Shown here piece by piece: positions 47,448 to 58,081 of a stretch of DNA of 64,000 bases. Each line of letters begins with the position of its first letter. Within the stretch, counting starts at the first letter, position 1. A program made the position numbers and the translations under genes. This stretch comes from Candidatus Omnitrophota bacterium (GTDB taxonomy: Bacteria > Omnitrophota > Gorgyraeia > B26-G9): positions 5,844 through 69,843 of the forward strand of contig JAZDHZ010000043.1 of assembly GCA_043805415.1 (NCBI GenBank), read 5' to 3'. Below the pieces are notes generated by a model. That model did not search any database. It saw nothing but the letters and a program-made list of their open reading frames with translations, and was not told where the DNA came from.

Positions 47448-47917
47448 GCGTAATTTCCGACACACATATTCCGATTGTCTGCGATGAGTTGCCGCTGGTG
47501 CTGAAAAAATACTTTAAAGGCGTGGATATGATCCTCCATGCCGGAGATCTTGTCGAGCAGTGCGTGCTTGATCAGCTATTGGCATACTGTCCCAAGGTTG
47601 AGGCGGTTTGCGGCAATATGGATTGCGCGCAGCTGCAGACTAAGCTGCCGGCTAAGAAAATTATCCAGGCCGGTAAATACACTATCGGCTTAACGCATGG
47701 CTGGGGTCCGCCGAAAAACATAGCTGATCGGATTGCTAAAGAATTTGACAATGTGGATATTATTGTTTTTGGACATTCGCATACGCCGATGAATGAAACA
47801 AAAAACAATGTTTTATTTTTTAATCCCGGCAGCGCGACTGATATGGTAAACGCTAAAAGATCAATTGGAATTATTGAGTTAAACAAGGAAATTAAAGCGA
47901 AAATAATTTCATTTTAA
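47438..47917 (+). CDS. metallophosphoesterase (YfcE/MJ0936 family)
   Basis: ISDTH, HAGD, GNMD, THG, GHSH, NPGS. Confidence 0.93.
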   Translation: MRIGVISDTHIPIVCDELPLVLKKYFKGVDMILHAGDLVEQCVLDQLLAYCPKVEAVCGNMDCAQLQTKLPAKKIIQAGKYTIGLTHGWGPPKNIADRIAKEFDNVDIIVFGHSHTPMNETKNNVLFFNPGSATDMVNAKRSIGIIELNKEIKAKIISF

Positions 47918-47964
47918 ATAAATGATTCGGCCTGTGACTCATGATATAATGTAGAATAGAAAAT

Positions 47965-48088
47965 AGCGATTAGCGGTTAGGAAAAGCAAAAAGGGTTTGG
48001 ATAATAGCTGATAGCTAATGGCCGATAGATAAAAAACAAAGAAAAAAGAGTATTGGGTAGTTGGTTCTTTTCACGCAATACGCGATAC
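47965..48088 (+). repeat. imperfect ~125-bp direct repeat built from heptamers, copy 1
   Basis: AGCGATTAGCGG...TAATAGCT...AAAAAAGAGTAT...GTTGGTTCTTTTCACGCAATA-N-GCGATAC recurs at 50189-50328. Confidence 0.85.
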
Positions 48089-48182
48089 TCACGGCGCAAT
48101 ACTGAGAATAAAAGACGGAAAACAGAAGACTAAAAAACATTCTACGATAACAAAAAACGGAATTTTGCGGAAAAGAGGCAAA

Positions 48183-48650
48183 ATGGACAAGTTATGGGCG
48201 CCTTGGCGCATAAAGTACATTCAGGCGAAAAAAACAAAAGGCTGTATATTTTGTCTGAAACCAAAACAAAAAAAAGACAAAATAAATTATATTGTTGCCA
48301 GAGGCAAATATGTGTATTCGATTTTAAACATTTTTCCTTATAATAATGGGCATATTATGATCACGCCTTATCGCCATATCGCGGATATTGATAAACTTAA
48401 TGTCCAGGAATGGGCGGAAATGTTTGAGTTTATAAAAAACACCACACAGCTTTTAAAAATAAAACTGCAGGCGCAGGGATTTAATATCGGGTTTAATATC
48501 GGCAAGGTTGCCGGAGCAGGCATTGACCAGCATCTGCATATGCATATTGTGCCCCGCTGGGACGCGGATACTAATTTTATGCCGGTATTAACCGACTCAA
48601 AGGTGATTTCACAGTCTTTGGATGAACTTTATAGGATTTTGACCACATGA
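48183..48650 (+). CDS. HIT family protein (Ap4A phosphorylase-like)
   Basis: LWAPWR, CIFC, PYNNGH, GFNIG...[15 protein letters not shown]. Confidence 0.93.
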   Translation: MDKLWAPWRIKYIQAKKTKGCIFCLKPKQKKDKINYIVARGKYVYSILNIFPYNNGHIMITPYRHIADIDKLNVQEWAEMFEFIKNTTQLLKIKLQAQGFNIGFNIGKVAGAGIDQHLHMHIVPRWDADTNFMPVLTDSKVISQSLDELYRILTT

Positions 48651-50185
48651 AAGAATTAATCATAATCATTGATTTTGGTTCACAGTATAGTCAGCTTATT
48701 GCCCGCAGAGTCCGCGAATATAATGTCTATTGCGAGGTGCATCCGCCGCAAATCAGCGCGGCAAAGCTTCAGGAACTTAATCCTCTGGGCATAATTTTCT
48801 CCGGCGGACCGAAAAGTCTTACCCAGAAAAACGCGCCTAAAAGCGACCCGGCAATATTTGATTTAAACATACCTTTGCTCGGAATTTGTTATGGCATGCA
48901 GCTGATCGCGCATCATTTTAAGGGAAATGTCGGCAAATCATCAGCCCGGGAATACGGCAGAACCGAATTATTAATTGATGATGGAAAAGACTTGTTTAAA
49001 GGTCTGGGCAAAAAAATCATTACCTGGATGTCGCATGAAGACAAAGTAAAAAAACTGCCCAAGGATTTTATCGCTTTAGCGCGTACGGCTAATTCCAGCA
49101 TTGCCAGTTTTGCTAATCGAAGAAAAAAAATATTCGGCGTGCAGTTTCATCCGGAAGTTGTCCATACACCCAAGGGAAATATTATTCTGAGGAATTTTCT
49201 GTTTAATGTCTGCGGCTGTAAAGGGCTTTGGACCATGCAGTCATTTATTCATGACTCGATCAAGCAGATCAAGCAGCAGGTGGGAGATGACTCAGTTGTC
49301 TTAGGTCTAAGCGGCGGAGTTGACTCTTCAGTGGCCGCGGTATTATTGCATAAAGCTTTGGGAAAAAAACTGCATTGTATTTTTGTAAACAATGGCTTAC
49401 TCAGAGACGGGGAAGCGGAACAGGTAAGAAACACCTTCGCGAAACATTATAAGATGAATTTTCACTATGCTGAGGCGGAAAAACTTTTCCTGGATAAACT
49501 AAAAAACATTACTGATCCGGAAAAGAAAAGAAAAATCATCGGACGTTTATTTATCGAGGTTTTTGACGCTTATGCCAAGAAACTTAAAAATATAAAATTT
49601 CTCGCGCAGGGCACGCTTTACCCGGATGTAATTGAAAGCCAGTCGGTATTCGGCGGACCAAGTTCAATGATCAAAAGCCATCATAATGTCGGCGGCTTAC
49701 CCAAGAAAATGAAATTAAAATTAGTTGAACCGCTCAAATTTTTATTTAAAGACGAAGTCAGACTGCTGGGCAAAGAGCTCAAAATTCCAGCAGAGTTAAT
49801 TGAGCGCCATCCTTTTCCCGGTCCTGGCCTGGCTATCCGGATATTAGGCGCGGTAAGCAAGGAAAGGCTGGATATCCTCCGCCAGGCGGATAAACGGTTT
49901 ATTGAAGAGATTAAGGCCGCGGGCTTATATCATCAGGTTTGGCAGGCTTTAGCAGTTTTATTGCCGGTAAGAAGTGTCGGGGTTATGGGCGATGAAAGAA
50001 CATATGAGAATACGATTGCTCTGCGGGCAGTAACCAGTGTTGATGGAATGACTGCTGATTGGGCAAAATTACCCATGGATATGTTAGGCATAGTTTCCAA
50101 CAAAATCATAAACGAAGTTAAAGGAGTTAACAGAGTAGTCTATGATATCAGTAGTAAGCCTCCGGCAACTATTGAGTGGGAATAA
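48647..50185 (+). CDS. guaA: GMP synthase (glutamine-hydrolysing)
   Basis: [40 protein letters not shown]. Confidence 0.98.
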   Translation: MKELIIIIDFGSQYSQLIARRVREYNVYCEVHPPQISAAKLQELNPLGIIFSGGPKSLTQKNAPKSDPAIFDLNIPLLGICYGMQLIAHHFKGNVGKSSAREYGRTELLIDDGKDLFKGLGKKIITWMSHEDKVKKLPKDFIALARTANSSIASFANRRKKIFGVQFHPEVVHTPKGNIILRNFLFNVCGCKGLWTMQSFIHDSIKQIKQQVGDDSVVLGLSGGVDSSVAAVLLHKALGKKLHCIFVNNGLLRDGEAEQVRNTFAKHYKMNFHYAEAEKLFLDKLKNITDPEKKRKIIGRLFIEVFDAYAKKLKNIKFLAQGTLYPDVIESQSVFGGPSSMIKSHHNVGGLPKKMKLKLVEPLKFLFKDEVRLLGKELKIPAELIERHPFPGPGLAIRILGAVSKERLDILRQADKRFIEEIKAAGLYHQVWQALAVLLPVRSVGVMGDERTYENTIALRAVTSVDGMTADWAKLPMDMLGIVSNKIINEVKGVNRVVYDISSKPPATIEWE

Positions 50186-50188
50186 AAC

Positions 50189-50328
50189 AGCGATTAGCGG
50201 ATAGAAAAAAGCAGAAGACAGAAAAAGCAAAAAGCACTTGGCTAATAGCTTATAGCTGATGGTCGACAGATAAAAAATCAAAAAAAAGAGTATGGGGTGG
50301 TTGGTTCTTTTCACGCAATAGGCGATAC
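50189..50328 (+). repeat. imperfect ~125-bp direct repeat, copy 2
   Basis: Homologous to 47965-48088. Confidence 0.85.
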
Positions 50329-50471
50329 ATAATCATAAGTTTAATTTTTATTTGGAGTTTGTAGGTTTGGATTTATTTAGGATTTAGCGTTTAGGTTTTT
50401 TAAAAAAGTATCGACCATTAGCTATTGACTATTAGTTTGTTGATACGCGATACAGAAAATTAAGAGATATT

Positions 50472-53400
50472 ATGAAACACAGTGATTTCGTACATTTACA
50501 TGTACATAGCCAATATAGTCTGCTTGATGGCGCCTGTATGCTGCCGAAACTTATTGATCTGGCGCATGAAATGCGCATGCCGGCACTAACAATTACTGAT
50601 CATGGTAATATGTTCGGGGCAATTGAATTTTATTCCCAGGCAATGAAAAAGGGATTAAAACCAATTATTGGCTGCGAAATGTATATGGCCAAAGGCAGCC
50701 GACTGGGCCGGGGAGAAGATGGGCTCAAAGGTCAGCATCATTTAACCTTGCTGGTAAAAGATGAGCAGGGATATAGAAATCTGATTCGGCTTGTGTCTAT
50801 AGCCAATCGCGAAGGCTTTTACTATAAACCCCGGATTGATCAAGAAATGCTCACGCAATATTCCCAGGGGCTGATTTGTTTGAGCGGCTGTTTAAAAGGC
50901 GAGATTGCTTCTTTACTGCTTAGCGGAAAAGAAAAGCAGGCAATTGAATCAGCCGAATTCATGAAACAATTATTCGGTAAGGATAGTTTTTATATCGAGT
51001 TAATGGATCATGGACTAGTTGAGCAGAAAAAAGTAAATAAACTCCTGATCCAGCTTGCCCGCAACCTGGATCTGCCCTTAGTCGCTACCAATGATGTGCA
51101 TTATTTAAAAAAAGAAATGGCCACCGCGCACGAAGTTCTGCTTTGTCTGCAGACTCAGACTACTTTGGCTGATGTTAACCGGATGAAGATGAGCACCAAT
51201 GAATTTTATTTTAAATCTCCGGAAGAAATGAAAAAGCTGTTTGCTGAAGTTCCGGACGCGATAAGTAATACGCTTAAAATCACGGAAATGTGCAATCTGG
51301 AACTGGATTTTAGCAAAACCCATTTACCCAAATATAATCTTCCCGACGGATCAAAAGCAATTGATGTGCTTGGCGATATGTGTAAGCAAAAAATCCCGGA
51401 ATTATATAAAGGCCGGGAAACCCCGGCGCTTGAGCGTTTAGACATGGAACTGGGCGTAATTAATCATTCCGGATTTGCCAGTTACTTTTTAATCACCGCG
51501 GATTTTGTTCATTTTGCCAAGGAAAATAAAATCCCGGTTGGTCCGGGTAGAGGTTCGGCTGCCGGCAGTATTGTGGCTTATTTAATGGGGATTACGGAAA
51601 TTGATCCTTTGAAATATGATCTTTTGTTTGAACGGTTTTTAAATCCCGCGCGGGTAAGCTTTCCCGATATAGATATTGACTTTTGCTTTGAACGCCGCGA
51701 TGAAGTAATTCAGTATGTAATTGATAAATACGGCAAGGACAATGTTGCCCAGATTATAACTTTTGGCACAATGGCAGCTAAAGGCGCGATTCGCGATGTG
51801 GGCAGAGCGCTGGGTATTCCTTATGCCGAAGTAGATAAAATTGCCAAATTAGTCCCGCTAGAGCTTAATATCACCATAACTAAAGCGCTTAGTGTTGAGC
51901 CGGAATTAAAGAATTTATACAAATCAAACCCTAACATTAAAGAGCTGATTGATACAGCGCTGATTCTAGAGGGAATCAATCGGCATGCTTCAACTCATGC
52001 TGCCGGAGTAGTAATCAGTGATAAACCTTTGTATGAGCATATTCCATTATATCGTTCACAGGAAGGCCAGACCACTACCGGCTATACCATGAAATCTTTG
52101 GATAAAATCGGTTTATTGAAGATGGACTTTCTTGGTTTAAAAACCCTGACAATTATTTCCCAGGCTGTTAAAATTATTAAACGCACCAAAGGCATTGATC
52201 TGAATATCAGCACAATTAATCTGGAAGATGAAAAAACTTTTGATTTATTTAAAAAAGCCAAAACTCAGGGTGTGTTTCAGCTGGAAAGTACCGGCATGCA
52301 GGACATTCTTAAGAAACTCAAGCCGGATAAGTTTGAAGATATTATTGCTTTGCTGGCTTTATATCGACCCGGACCTTTAGGCAGCGGCATGGTTGATGAT
52401 TTTATTAAACGCAAACGCTCCGGGGAAAAAGTAAAGTATGATCATCCTTGTCTTGAACCTGTGCTCAAAGATACTTATGGAATTATTCTTTATCAGGAAC
52501 AGGTAATGCGGATCAGCAATGTGCTTGCCGGATTTTCTTTAGCCCAAGCGGATTTGCTCAGAAGAGCAATGGGTAAGAAAATTCCTGAAGTTATTGAGGA
52601 TCTTAAGAAAACTTTTGTTGACGGAGCAGTAAAGAATAATATCAGCCGGGCGATCGCGGAAAAAGTTTTCGGCTTGATCGAATATTTTGCCGGATATGGT
52701 TTTAATAAAAGCCATTCCACAGCCTATGCTTTAATTTCCTATCAAACCGCTTATTTAAAAGCAAATTATCCGGTTGAATTCATGGCCGCGTTACTGACTT
52801 GCGAAAAAGATAATATGGATAAAATCGCCCGTTATATTAATGAATGCAAGCGGATGAAAATTAAAATCCTGCCGCCGGATATTAATGAAAGTTTTTCTCA
52901 GTTTACAGTGGTTAATGATGACGCGATACGCTTTGGGCTTTCCGCGGTTAAAAATGTAGGCTCCGGAGCGGTTGAGCTGATTATTAAGGCGCGAAAATTA
53001 GAAGGCGAATTTACTTCTCTGTTTAACTGCTGTAAGCGGGTTGATTCCAAAGCCGCGAATAAAAAAGTTTTGGAAAGTTTAATAAAATGCGGCGCTTTTG
53101 ACCGCTTAGGCGCTAAGCGTTCTCAGCTGATGGATGGGGTTGAGAAAATCATGAATCTTGCCGGAGCGATCAATAAGGATAAACAAAACGGACAGCTGTT
53201 ATTTTTTGAACAGCCGTCTAATGACGCGAATGATAACGCGGATCTGGCGGATATCGAAGAATGGCCGATATCCAAATTGCTGGCCTATGAAAAAATGATG
53301 CTTGGTTTTTATATTACCGCCCATCCTTTAGATCAGTATAAAAAAATAATTAAAAGATATGATTTGTCAAACACCAGTGATTTGCATAAAATGGATAAAA

Positions 53401-53906
53401 ACGGCCTGGATGTTTCGGTAATCGGAATTTTAGAAAAAATCCGGACTACGGTCACCAAAAGAAAAGCTGAGAAAATGGCAATTGTAAGACTGGAAGACAC
53501 CGAGAGCTTTGTGGAAGTTTTAGTGTTTCCGGAAACTTATAAAAAAACCTATATGAGTTTGGTGGAGGATGAGGTGGTTATTGTTAAAGGCAAACTGGAT
53601 TTAAAAGAAGATACTCCCAAAATTCTGGCTAGTGACATTATTCCGATTGAACAAGCCTCAAATCGTTTGATCGATAGTATTAGTTTGAATATTTCTTCTG
53701 AAGCATCAGGTAAGATATTTCACGAATTAAAAGATATTCTCCAGCTGCATCCGGGAAATACTCCGGTTCATCTGGCGATGGCAAATAAAGAGGGTAGAAC
53801 AATTAAAATTCAGCCAGATACTGGTGTGGCTATTAATAATATACTGCTTTCCGACCTGGAAAAAATTTTAGGTAAAGAAGAAGTATTGATAAAAGTTAAA
53901 AAATAA
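50472..53906 (+). CDS. dnaE: DNA polymerase III alpha subunit
   Basis: FVHLHVHSQYSLLDG PHP domain, GPGRGSAAGS, PDIDIDF, FAGYGFNKSH. Confidence 0.98.
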   Translation: MKHSDFVHLHVHSQYSLLDGACMLPKLIDLAHEMRMPALTITDHGNMFGAIEFYSQAMKKGLKPIIGCEMYMAKGSRLGRGEDGLKGQHHLTLLVKDEQGYRNLIRLVSIANREGFYYKPRIDQEMLTQYSQGLICLSGCLKGEIASLLLSGKEKQAIESAEFMKQLFGKDSFYIELMDHGLVEQKKVNKLLIQLARNLDLPLVATNDVHYLKKEMATAHEVLLCLQTQTTLADVNRMKMSTNEFYFKSPEEMKKLFAEVPDAISNTLKITEMCNLELDFSKTHLPKYNLPDGSKAIDVLGDMCKQKIPELYKGRETPALERLDMELGVINHSGFASYFLITADFVHFAKENKIPVGPGRGSAAGSIVAYLMGITEIDPLKYDLLFERFLNPARVSFPDIDIDFCFERRDEVIQYVIDKYGKDNVAQIITFGTMAAKGAIRDVGRALGIPYAEVDKIAKLVPLELNITITKALSVEPELKNLYKSNPNIKELIDTALILEGINRHASTHAAGVVISDKPLYEHIPLYRSQEGQTTTGYTMKSLDKIGLLKMDFLGLKTLTIISQAVKIIKRTKGIDLNISTINLEDEKTFDLFKKAKTQGVFQLESTGMQDILKKLKPDKFEDIIALLALYRPGPLGSGMVDDFIKRKRSGEKVKYDHPCLEPVLKDTYGIILYQEQVMRISNVLAGFSLAQADLLRRAMGKKIPEVIEDLKKTFVDGAVKNNISRAIAEKVFGLIEYFAGYGFNKSHSTAYALISYQTAYLKANYPVEFMAALLTCEKDNMDKIARYINECKRMKIKILPPDINESFSQFTVVNDDAIRFGLSAVKNVGSGAVELIIKARKLEGEFTSLFNCCKRVDSKAANKKVLESLIKCGAFDRLGAKRSQLMDGVEKIMNLAGAINKDKQNGQLLFFEQPSNDANDNADLADIEEWPISKLLAYEKMMLGFYITAHPLDQYKKIIKRYDLSNTSDLHKMDKNGLDVSVIGILEKIRTTVTKRKAEKMAIVRLEDTESFVEVLVFPETYKKTYMSLVEDEVVIVKGKLDLKEDTPKILASDIIPIEQASNRLIDSISLNISSEASGKIFHELKDILQLHPGNTPVHLAMANKEGRTIKIQPDTGVAINNILLSDLEKILGKEEVLIKVKK

Positions 53907-53920
53907 AAAAAGGAGTAAGA

Positions 53921-55315
53921 ATGGATAATTCAATGGATTTTTACGCGGAAATGCGGGCCAATACGAGAATTCGTTCGAGGATCAGCGTTTCTTATCAAAT
54001 TATTAATCCTGATGGATCGCTGCAGACATCAGCCAAGACCTTTGCCCGCGACATTAGTTCAACCGGGATTTTTATTGTTTTAAAAAAGCCTCTGGATCTT
54101 AATACTAAACTGCGGTTTGAATTCAGGCTGCCTAAGATCAACAATCTTATTGAAATAATTTCTCACGTTGTGCGGATTGAAGAAATTGAGAATAGTGAAT
54201 TTGGAATCGGCATTCTGTTTGATCAAATCCTAAATGAAAATCAGGATGAAATTCTCAAATGCATAGAGTCAATGGACCTTGTCCGATTACTCCAAATTAC
54301 TGCTCAGAAAAAAGCATCGGATTTGCATCTTACCTATAATCGTCCTCCGATCATGCGTTTACACGGAAAACTGGTGCCAATGGAATTAGAGGCATTGGGA
54401 ACAACTGAACTAAAGAATTTAATTTTCAGCATACTTAGTGATGAGCAAATCGCGAGATTTGAAAAATTCAAAGAATTAGATTTTGCTTTTTCGCCTCACC
54501 CGGATTTGCGGTTCAGAGCGAATGTGCATATGCAGCGGGGAAATGTGGAAGCTACTTTCCGGGTAATCATGCCGGACCTTAAAACCATCCAGGAATTAGG
54601 ACTGCCCAGCGTTGTGGAAAAACTCGCTTTATTAAAAAAAGGAATTGTGATTATTGCCGGCCCAACCGGATCAGGGAAAACAACTACGCTCGCGGCAATG
54701 GTGGACATCATTAATCGGCAAAGACAATCAGTTATTATTTGTTTGGAAGATCCGATTGAATATATCCACGCGAATTTAAATTGTATTATTAAGCAAAGAG
54801 AAATCGGTACAGATACGCTTTCTTTTTCCGTTGCTTTAAAACGGACTTTAAGACAAGATCCTGATGTTATTGTTGTCGGGGAGCTTTTAGACGCGGAAAC
54901 AGTGCGCACAGTTATTACCGCAGCGGAAACCGGACATCTGGTTCTCACTTCTTTGCATGCGCCTGATACGATTCAGGCAATTGACCGCTTGATCAGTATT
55001 TTCCCTCCGCAGCAGCGGCAGCAAGCATGTATTCAGGTAGCCAATAGTTTGCAAGGTATTGTTACCCAGTCACTTATACCAAAAAAAGATCGCGAAACAA
55101 GAGTTTTGGCAACAGAAGTAATGATCATGACTGACGCGATTCGTAATCATATCAGAGAGGGGCAGACCATTCAGATTCCCTCGACAATTCAGACCGGAGC
55201 ACGCTATCAAATGCATACTATGGCTGAGAGTCTTAAGCGATTATATTATGGACATATGATTTCCAAAGAAACAGCTATTGATTACGCGCCTGAGCTTGCG
55301 GAAATAATAACTTGA
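53921..55315 (+). CDS. PilZ-PilT fusion ATPase
   Basis: N-terminal RANTR (RxxxR) and DISSTG (DxSxxG); then ASDLHL, GPTGSGKTT, LEDPIE, ETGHLV, AIRNHIRE. Confidence 0.9.
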   Translation: MDNSMDFYAEMRANTRIRSRISVSYQIINPDGSLQTSAKTFARDISSTGIFIVLKKPLDLNTKLRFEFRLPKINNLIEIISHVVRIEEIENSEFGIGILFDQILNENQDEILKCIESMDLVRLLQITAQKKASDLHLTYNRPPIMRLHGKLVPMELEALGTTELKNLIFSILSDEQIARFEKFKELDFAFSPHPDLRFRANVHMQRGNVEATFRVIMPDLKTIQELGLPSVVEKLALLKKGIVIIAGPTGSGKTTTLAAMVDIINRQRQSVIICLEDPIEYIHANLNCIIKQREIGTDTLSFSVALKRTLRQDPDVIVVGELLDAETVRTVITAAETGHLVLTSLHAPDTIQAIDRLISIFPPQQRQQACIQVANSLQGIVTQSLIPKKDRETRVLATEVMIMTDAIRNHIREGQTIQIPSTIQTGARYQMHTMAESLKRLYYGHMISKETAIDYAPELAEIIT

Positions 55316-55377
55316 CAGTTTTTGTGTGATATGATAACATTTTAACAGTAGTTGTTGTTAACAAGAAGGATACGAAA

Positions 55378-55863
55378 ATGATAGATAAAATTTTAGAAGG
55401 TAAGATTACGCAGTTAAGTGATTTTGTTGAGTTGTGGGCTTCATTTTATGAACTATATAAACGGGCTACAGATCAACAAACGTTCACTGAAGAGGAAGAA
55501 AAAAACTTTTTGGAATTAAAAAGTAGCTTAGCAAGAAAATATCAAGGTTTAATGGATTCGCTGGGGATCAAGCCAACTGCTGAAGATAGAACTTTTGATG
55601 TAATCTCGCAAGTTATGAGTTTAAAAAGCATTACCACTTTATCTCCGCTGCAGCTGGAAAAATTAGAAAATGATTGGCACAATTCTTATATTACTTTAAA
55701 TAAGATAATGGGTTCTTTGGAAAATAGAAAAGGCGAGTTGGCTAAAATTAATGTTTTCGCGTTAAAATGTAAGCGTTTATTGCTTAATCCTTTTTTCGCG
55801 TTGATCTTAATTATAATAGTTATATCGTTTATCTATTATTTTATTAAAAACTTTTTCTCTTAA
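55378..55863 (+). CDS. hypothetical helical protein with C-terminal TM anchor
   Basis: RBS AAGGA; C-terminal hydrophobic helix. Confidence 0.7.
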   Translation: MIDKILEGKITQLSDFVELWASFYELYKRATDQQTFTEEEEKNFLELKSSLARKYQGLMDSLGIKPTAEDRTFDVISQVMSLKSITTLSPLQLEKLENDWHNSYITLNKIMGSLENRKGELAKINVFALKCKRLLLNPFFALILIIIVISFIYYFIKNFFS

Positions 55864-55913
55864 ATTAACCCTAAATTTGTTCTGCCAGTATTGTTGAAAG
55901 GAGGACTCCGAAA

Positions 55914-56186
55914 ATGACTAAGAAAGATATAGTGCTCAAGATTGCGACTGAAACAAAGATGAAGCAACAGGACATTAAGAAAGTTGTACAAAAAGCGCTT
56001 GACGCGATCATCGATAGTCTAGTAAATGGTCAAACCGTAGAATTACGCAATTTTGGTATTTTTAAAGTTAAATCCAGACGGGGAAGAACTGGCCGTAATC
56101 CTAGAACCGGTCAGGTAGTTCCAGTACCTCCAAAAAAAGTTGTAGTTTTTAAGCCAGGACTGGAAATGAAAAAACTGGTAAAATAA
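55914..56186 (+). CDS. HU/IHF DNA-binding protein
   Basis: MTKKDIV...VELRNFGIF...GRNPRTG...VFKPG. Confidence 0.95.
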   Translation: MTKKDIVLKIATETKMKQQDIKKVVQKALDAIIDSLVNGQTVELRNFGIFKVKSRRGRTGRNPRTGQVVPVPPKKVVVFKPGLEMKKLVK

Positions 56187-56271
56187 TTATCAGTTCAGAT
56201 TATAATTTGCTAATATTACATAAAACCTCAATTACAGAATTGGGGTTTTATGCTTAAATTTGTAGGTTCAG

Positions 56272-57546
56272 ATGAAAATAAACGCCCTTAAGGGAGTTCA
56301 AGACATACTTCCCGAACAAATTTCTCAATGGAATTATCTGCATGATCTTGCCCAAGAAATTTTTTCCTGCTATGGATATAAGCAAATAATTATTCCGATT
56401 ATTGAAGAAAGCGCGCTTTTTACCAGAAGTATCGGGCAGCAAACCGATATTGTGGAAAAAGAAATGTATTCTTTTGTTGATCGGGGAATGCGGAATATTT
56501 CCTTGCGCCCGGAAGCCACTGCCTCAGTTGTCAGAGCTTATCTCGAACATGCTCTGGATAAAGAAGGTTATTCAAAACTTTTCTACAGCGGCCCGATGTT
56601 CCGAGGAGAAAAGCCGCAAGCCGGAAGAAACCGCCAATTTTATCAAATCGGAATAGAAGCTTTGGGCTCTTATAATCCCTTGCTTGACGCTGAGGTTATA
56701 AAACTTGCCGTGGATTATTTAAAAGCAATTGGGCTTAAGGATTTTAAGCTGTTGATTAATTCTGTGGGTACAACTAAAGATAAGCATGATTTCGGCAGCG
56801 CGCTTAAAATTTTTCTCCAGGATAAACAGGACAGTTTATGCGACAGCTGCAAAGCGCGCTATGAGCGGAATGTTTTAAGAATTCTTGACTGTAAAAGCCG
56901 CAACTGCAAAAAAGTTCTCCAAGACGCTCCGATTATTTTAGATAATTTGTCCGAAGAATCTAAACATGATTTCGCCCGGTTAAAATCCGGATTAGACGAA
57001 TTAAACGTTGAATATCAAGTTATGCCTTATCTTGTCCGCGGCCTGGATTATTATACAAAAACTGTTTTTGAAATTACTCACGATAAACTCGGCGCGCAGA
57101 ATACGATTCTTGCTGGAGGAAGATATGATAATTTAATCAGTGATTTAGGGGGACAGCCAGCCGGCGCGGTCGGCTTTGCCTGCGGAGTAGAAAGACTAAT
57201 GCTTGCCGCAAACGCTGATTTAGTAAAATTCCCCGAAACCAATAAACCCGCGGTATTTGTGATCGGCCTAGGCAGTAAAGCCCATAGCAAAGCTTTCGCG
57301 ATTGCTGACCAATTAAGGCAGCAGAGGATTGTGACTTATATTGATTTTCAGGATCGGTCTTTAAAAGCCCAAATGCGCCAGGCAAATAAGCTTGATTGCG
57401 CATATGTTTTAATTCTCGGCGAAGATGAGTTAAAAAATAATAATATTCAGTTAAAAAATATGCGGCAAGGCACGCAGCAGCTGCTTTGCCTGGATTCTTT
57501 GGCAGAACATGTAAAAACCATTATTCTAAAACACTCAGCCACATAA
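56272..57546 (+). CDS. hisS: histidine--tRNA ligase
   Basis: KEMY, LRPEATAS, RQFYQIG, LVRGLDYY, GGRYD. Confidence 0.97.
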   Translation: MKINALKGVQDILPEQISQWNYLHDLAQEIFSCYGYKQIIIPIIEESALFTRSIGQQTDIVEKEMYSFVDRGMRNISLRPEATASVVRAYLEHALDKEGYSKLFYSGPMFRGEKPQAGRNRQFYQIGIEALGSYNPLLDAEVIKLAVDYLKAIGLKDFKLLINSVGTTKDKHDFGSALKIFLQDKQDSLCDSCKARYERNVLRILDCKSRNCKKVLQDAPIILDNLSEESKHDFARLKSGLDELNVEYQVMPYLVRGLDYYTKTVFEITHDKLGAQNTILAGGRYDNLISDLGGQPAGAVGFACGVERLMLAANADLVKFPETNKPAVFVIGLGSKAHSKAFAIADQLRQQRIVTYIDFQDRSLKAQMRQANKLDCAYVLILGEDELKNNNIQLKNMRQGTQQLLCLDSLAEHVKTIILKHSAT

Positions 57547-57679
57547 TTTTATTGTGTTTGTAAGCTTAGGATTAAATTATTCTCTTGACAAGCATATGTG
57601 ATGTTTTATAATAGAGATATAGATGGAAAATAAAGTTTTTTTAAAAGTTTAAAAAGCTTTTAAACAATGGAGGTATAGT

Positions 57680-58057
57680 ATGGATGCTAGGAATTTTCAG
57701 GATGAAAAAAGGCAGTATAAAAGAGTTGCTTTGCCTGGTGTAAGCTGTAGTTTTAAATTGCTTGACCCTCGGACATGGTCTACTTACCTGGATAAAACTC
57801 TCAATGATGTTCAGGATATAAGCATTGGCGGACTGCGGTTTAGCACAAAAAATGAACTTAGCCTCAAAGCACCGGTTGGTGTTGATATAAAGATTAATCC
57901 CAGTCAGGAAGCAATCCGCACTTTTGGTAGAGTCGCCTGGATTAAAAAAGAAAATCCGGCAGATGCTGACTATTCAGTAGGAATAAGCTTTTCCTGGTGG
58001 AAAAATGACGAAGAAAAAAAATTAGTATACGATGCTATCTCAAAACAAATCTCCTAA
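57680..58057 (+). CDS. stand-alone PilZ domain protein
   Basis: RQYKR and DISIGG motifs; GRVAW. Confidence 0.9.
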   Translation: MDARNFQDEKRQYKRVALPGVSCSFKLLDPRTWSTYLDKTLNDVQDISIGGLRFSTKNELSLKAPVGVDIKINPSQEAIRTFGRVAWIKKENPADADYSVGISFSWWKNDEEKKLVYDAISKQIS

Positions 58058-58081
58058 TAAAATCAAGAGGCCTGACTTAAA

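Noticed and set aside
50472-53906. Intein or split in dnaE
   Set aside because: Normal length (1144 aa), continuous motifs, no intein splice junction seen
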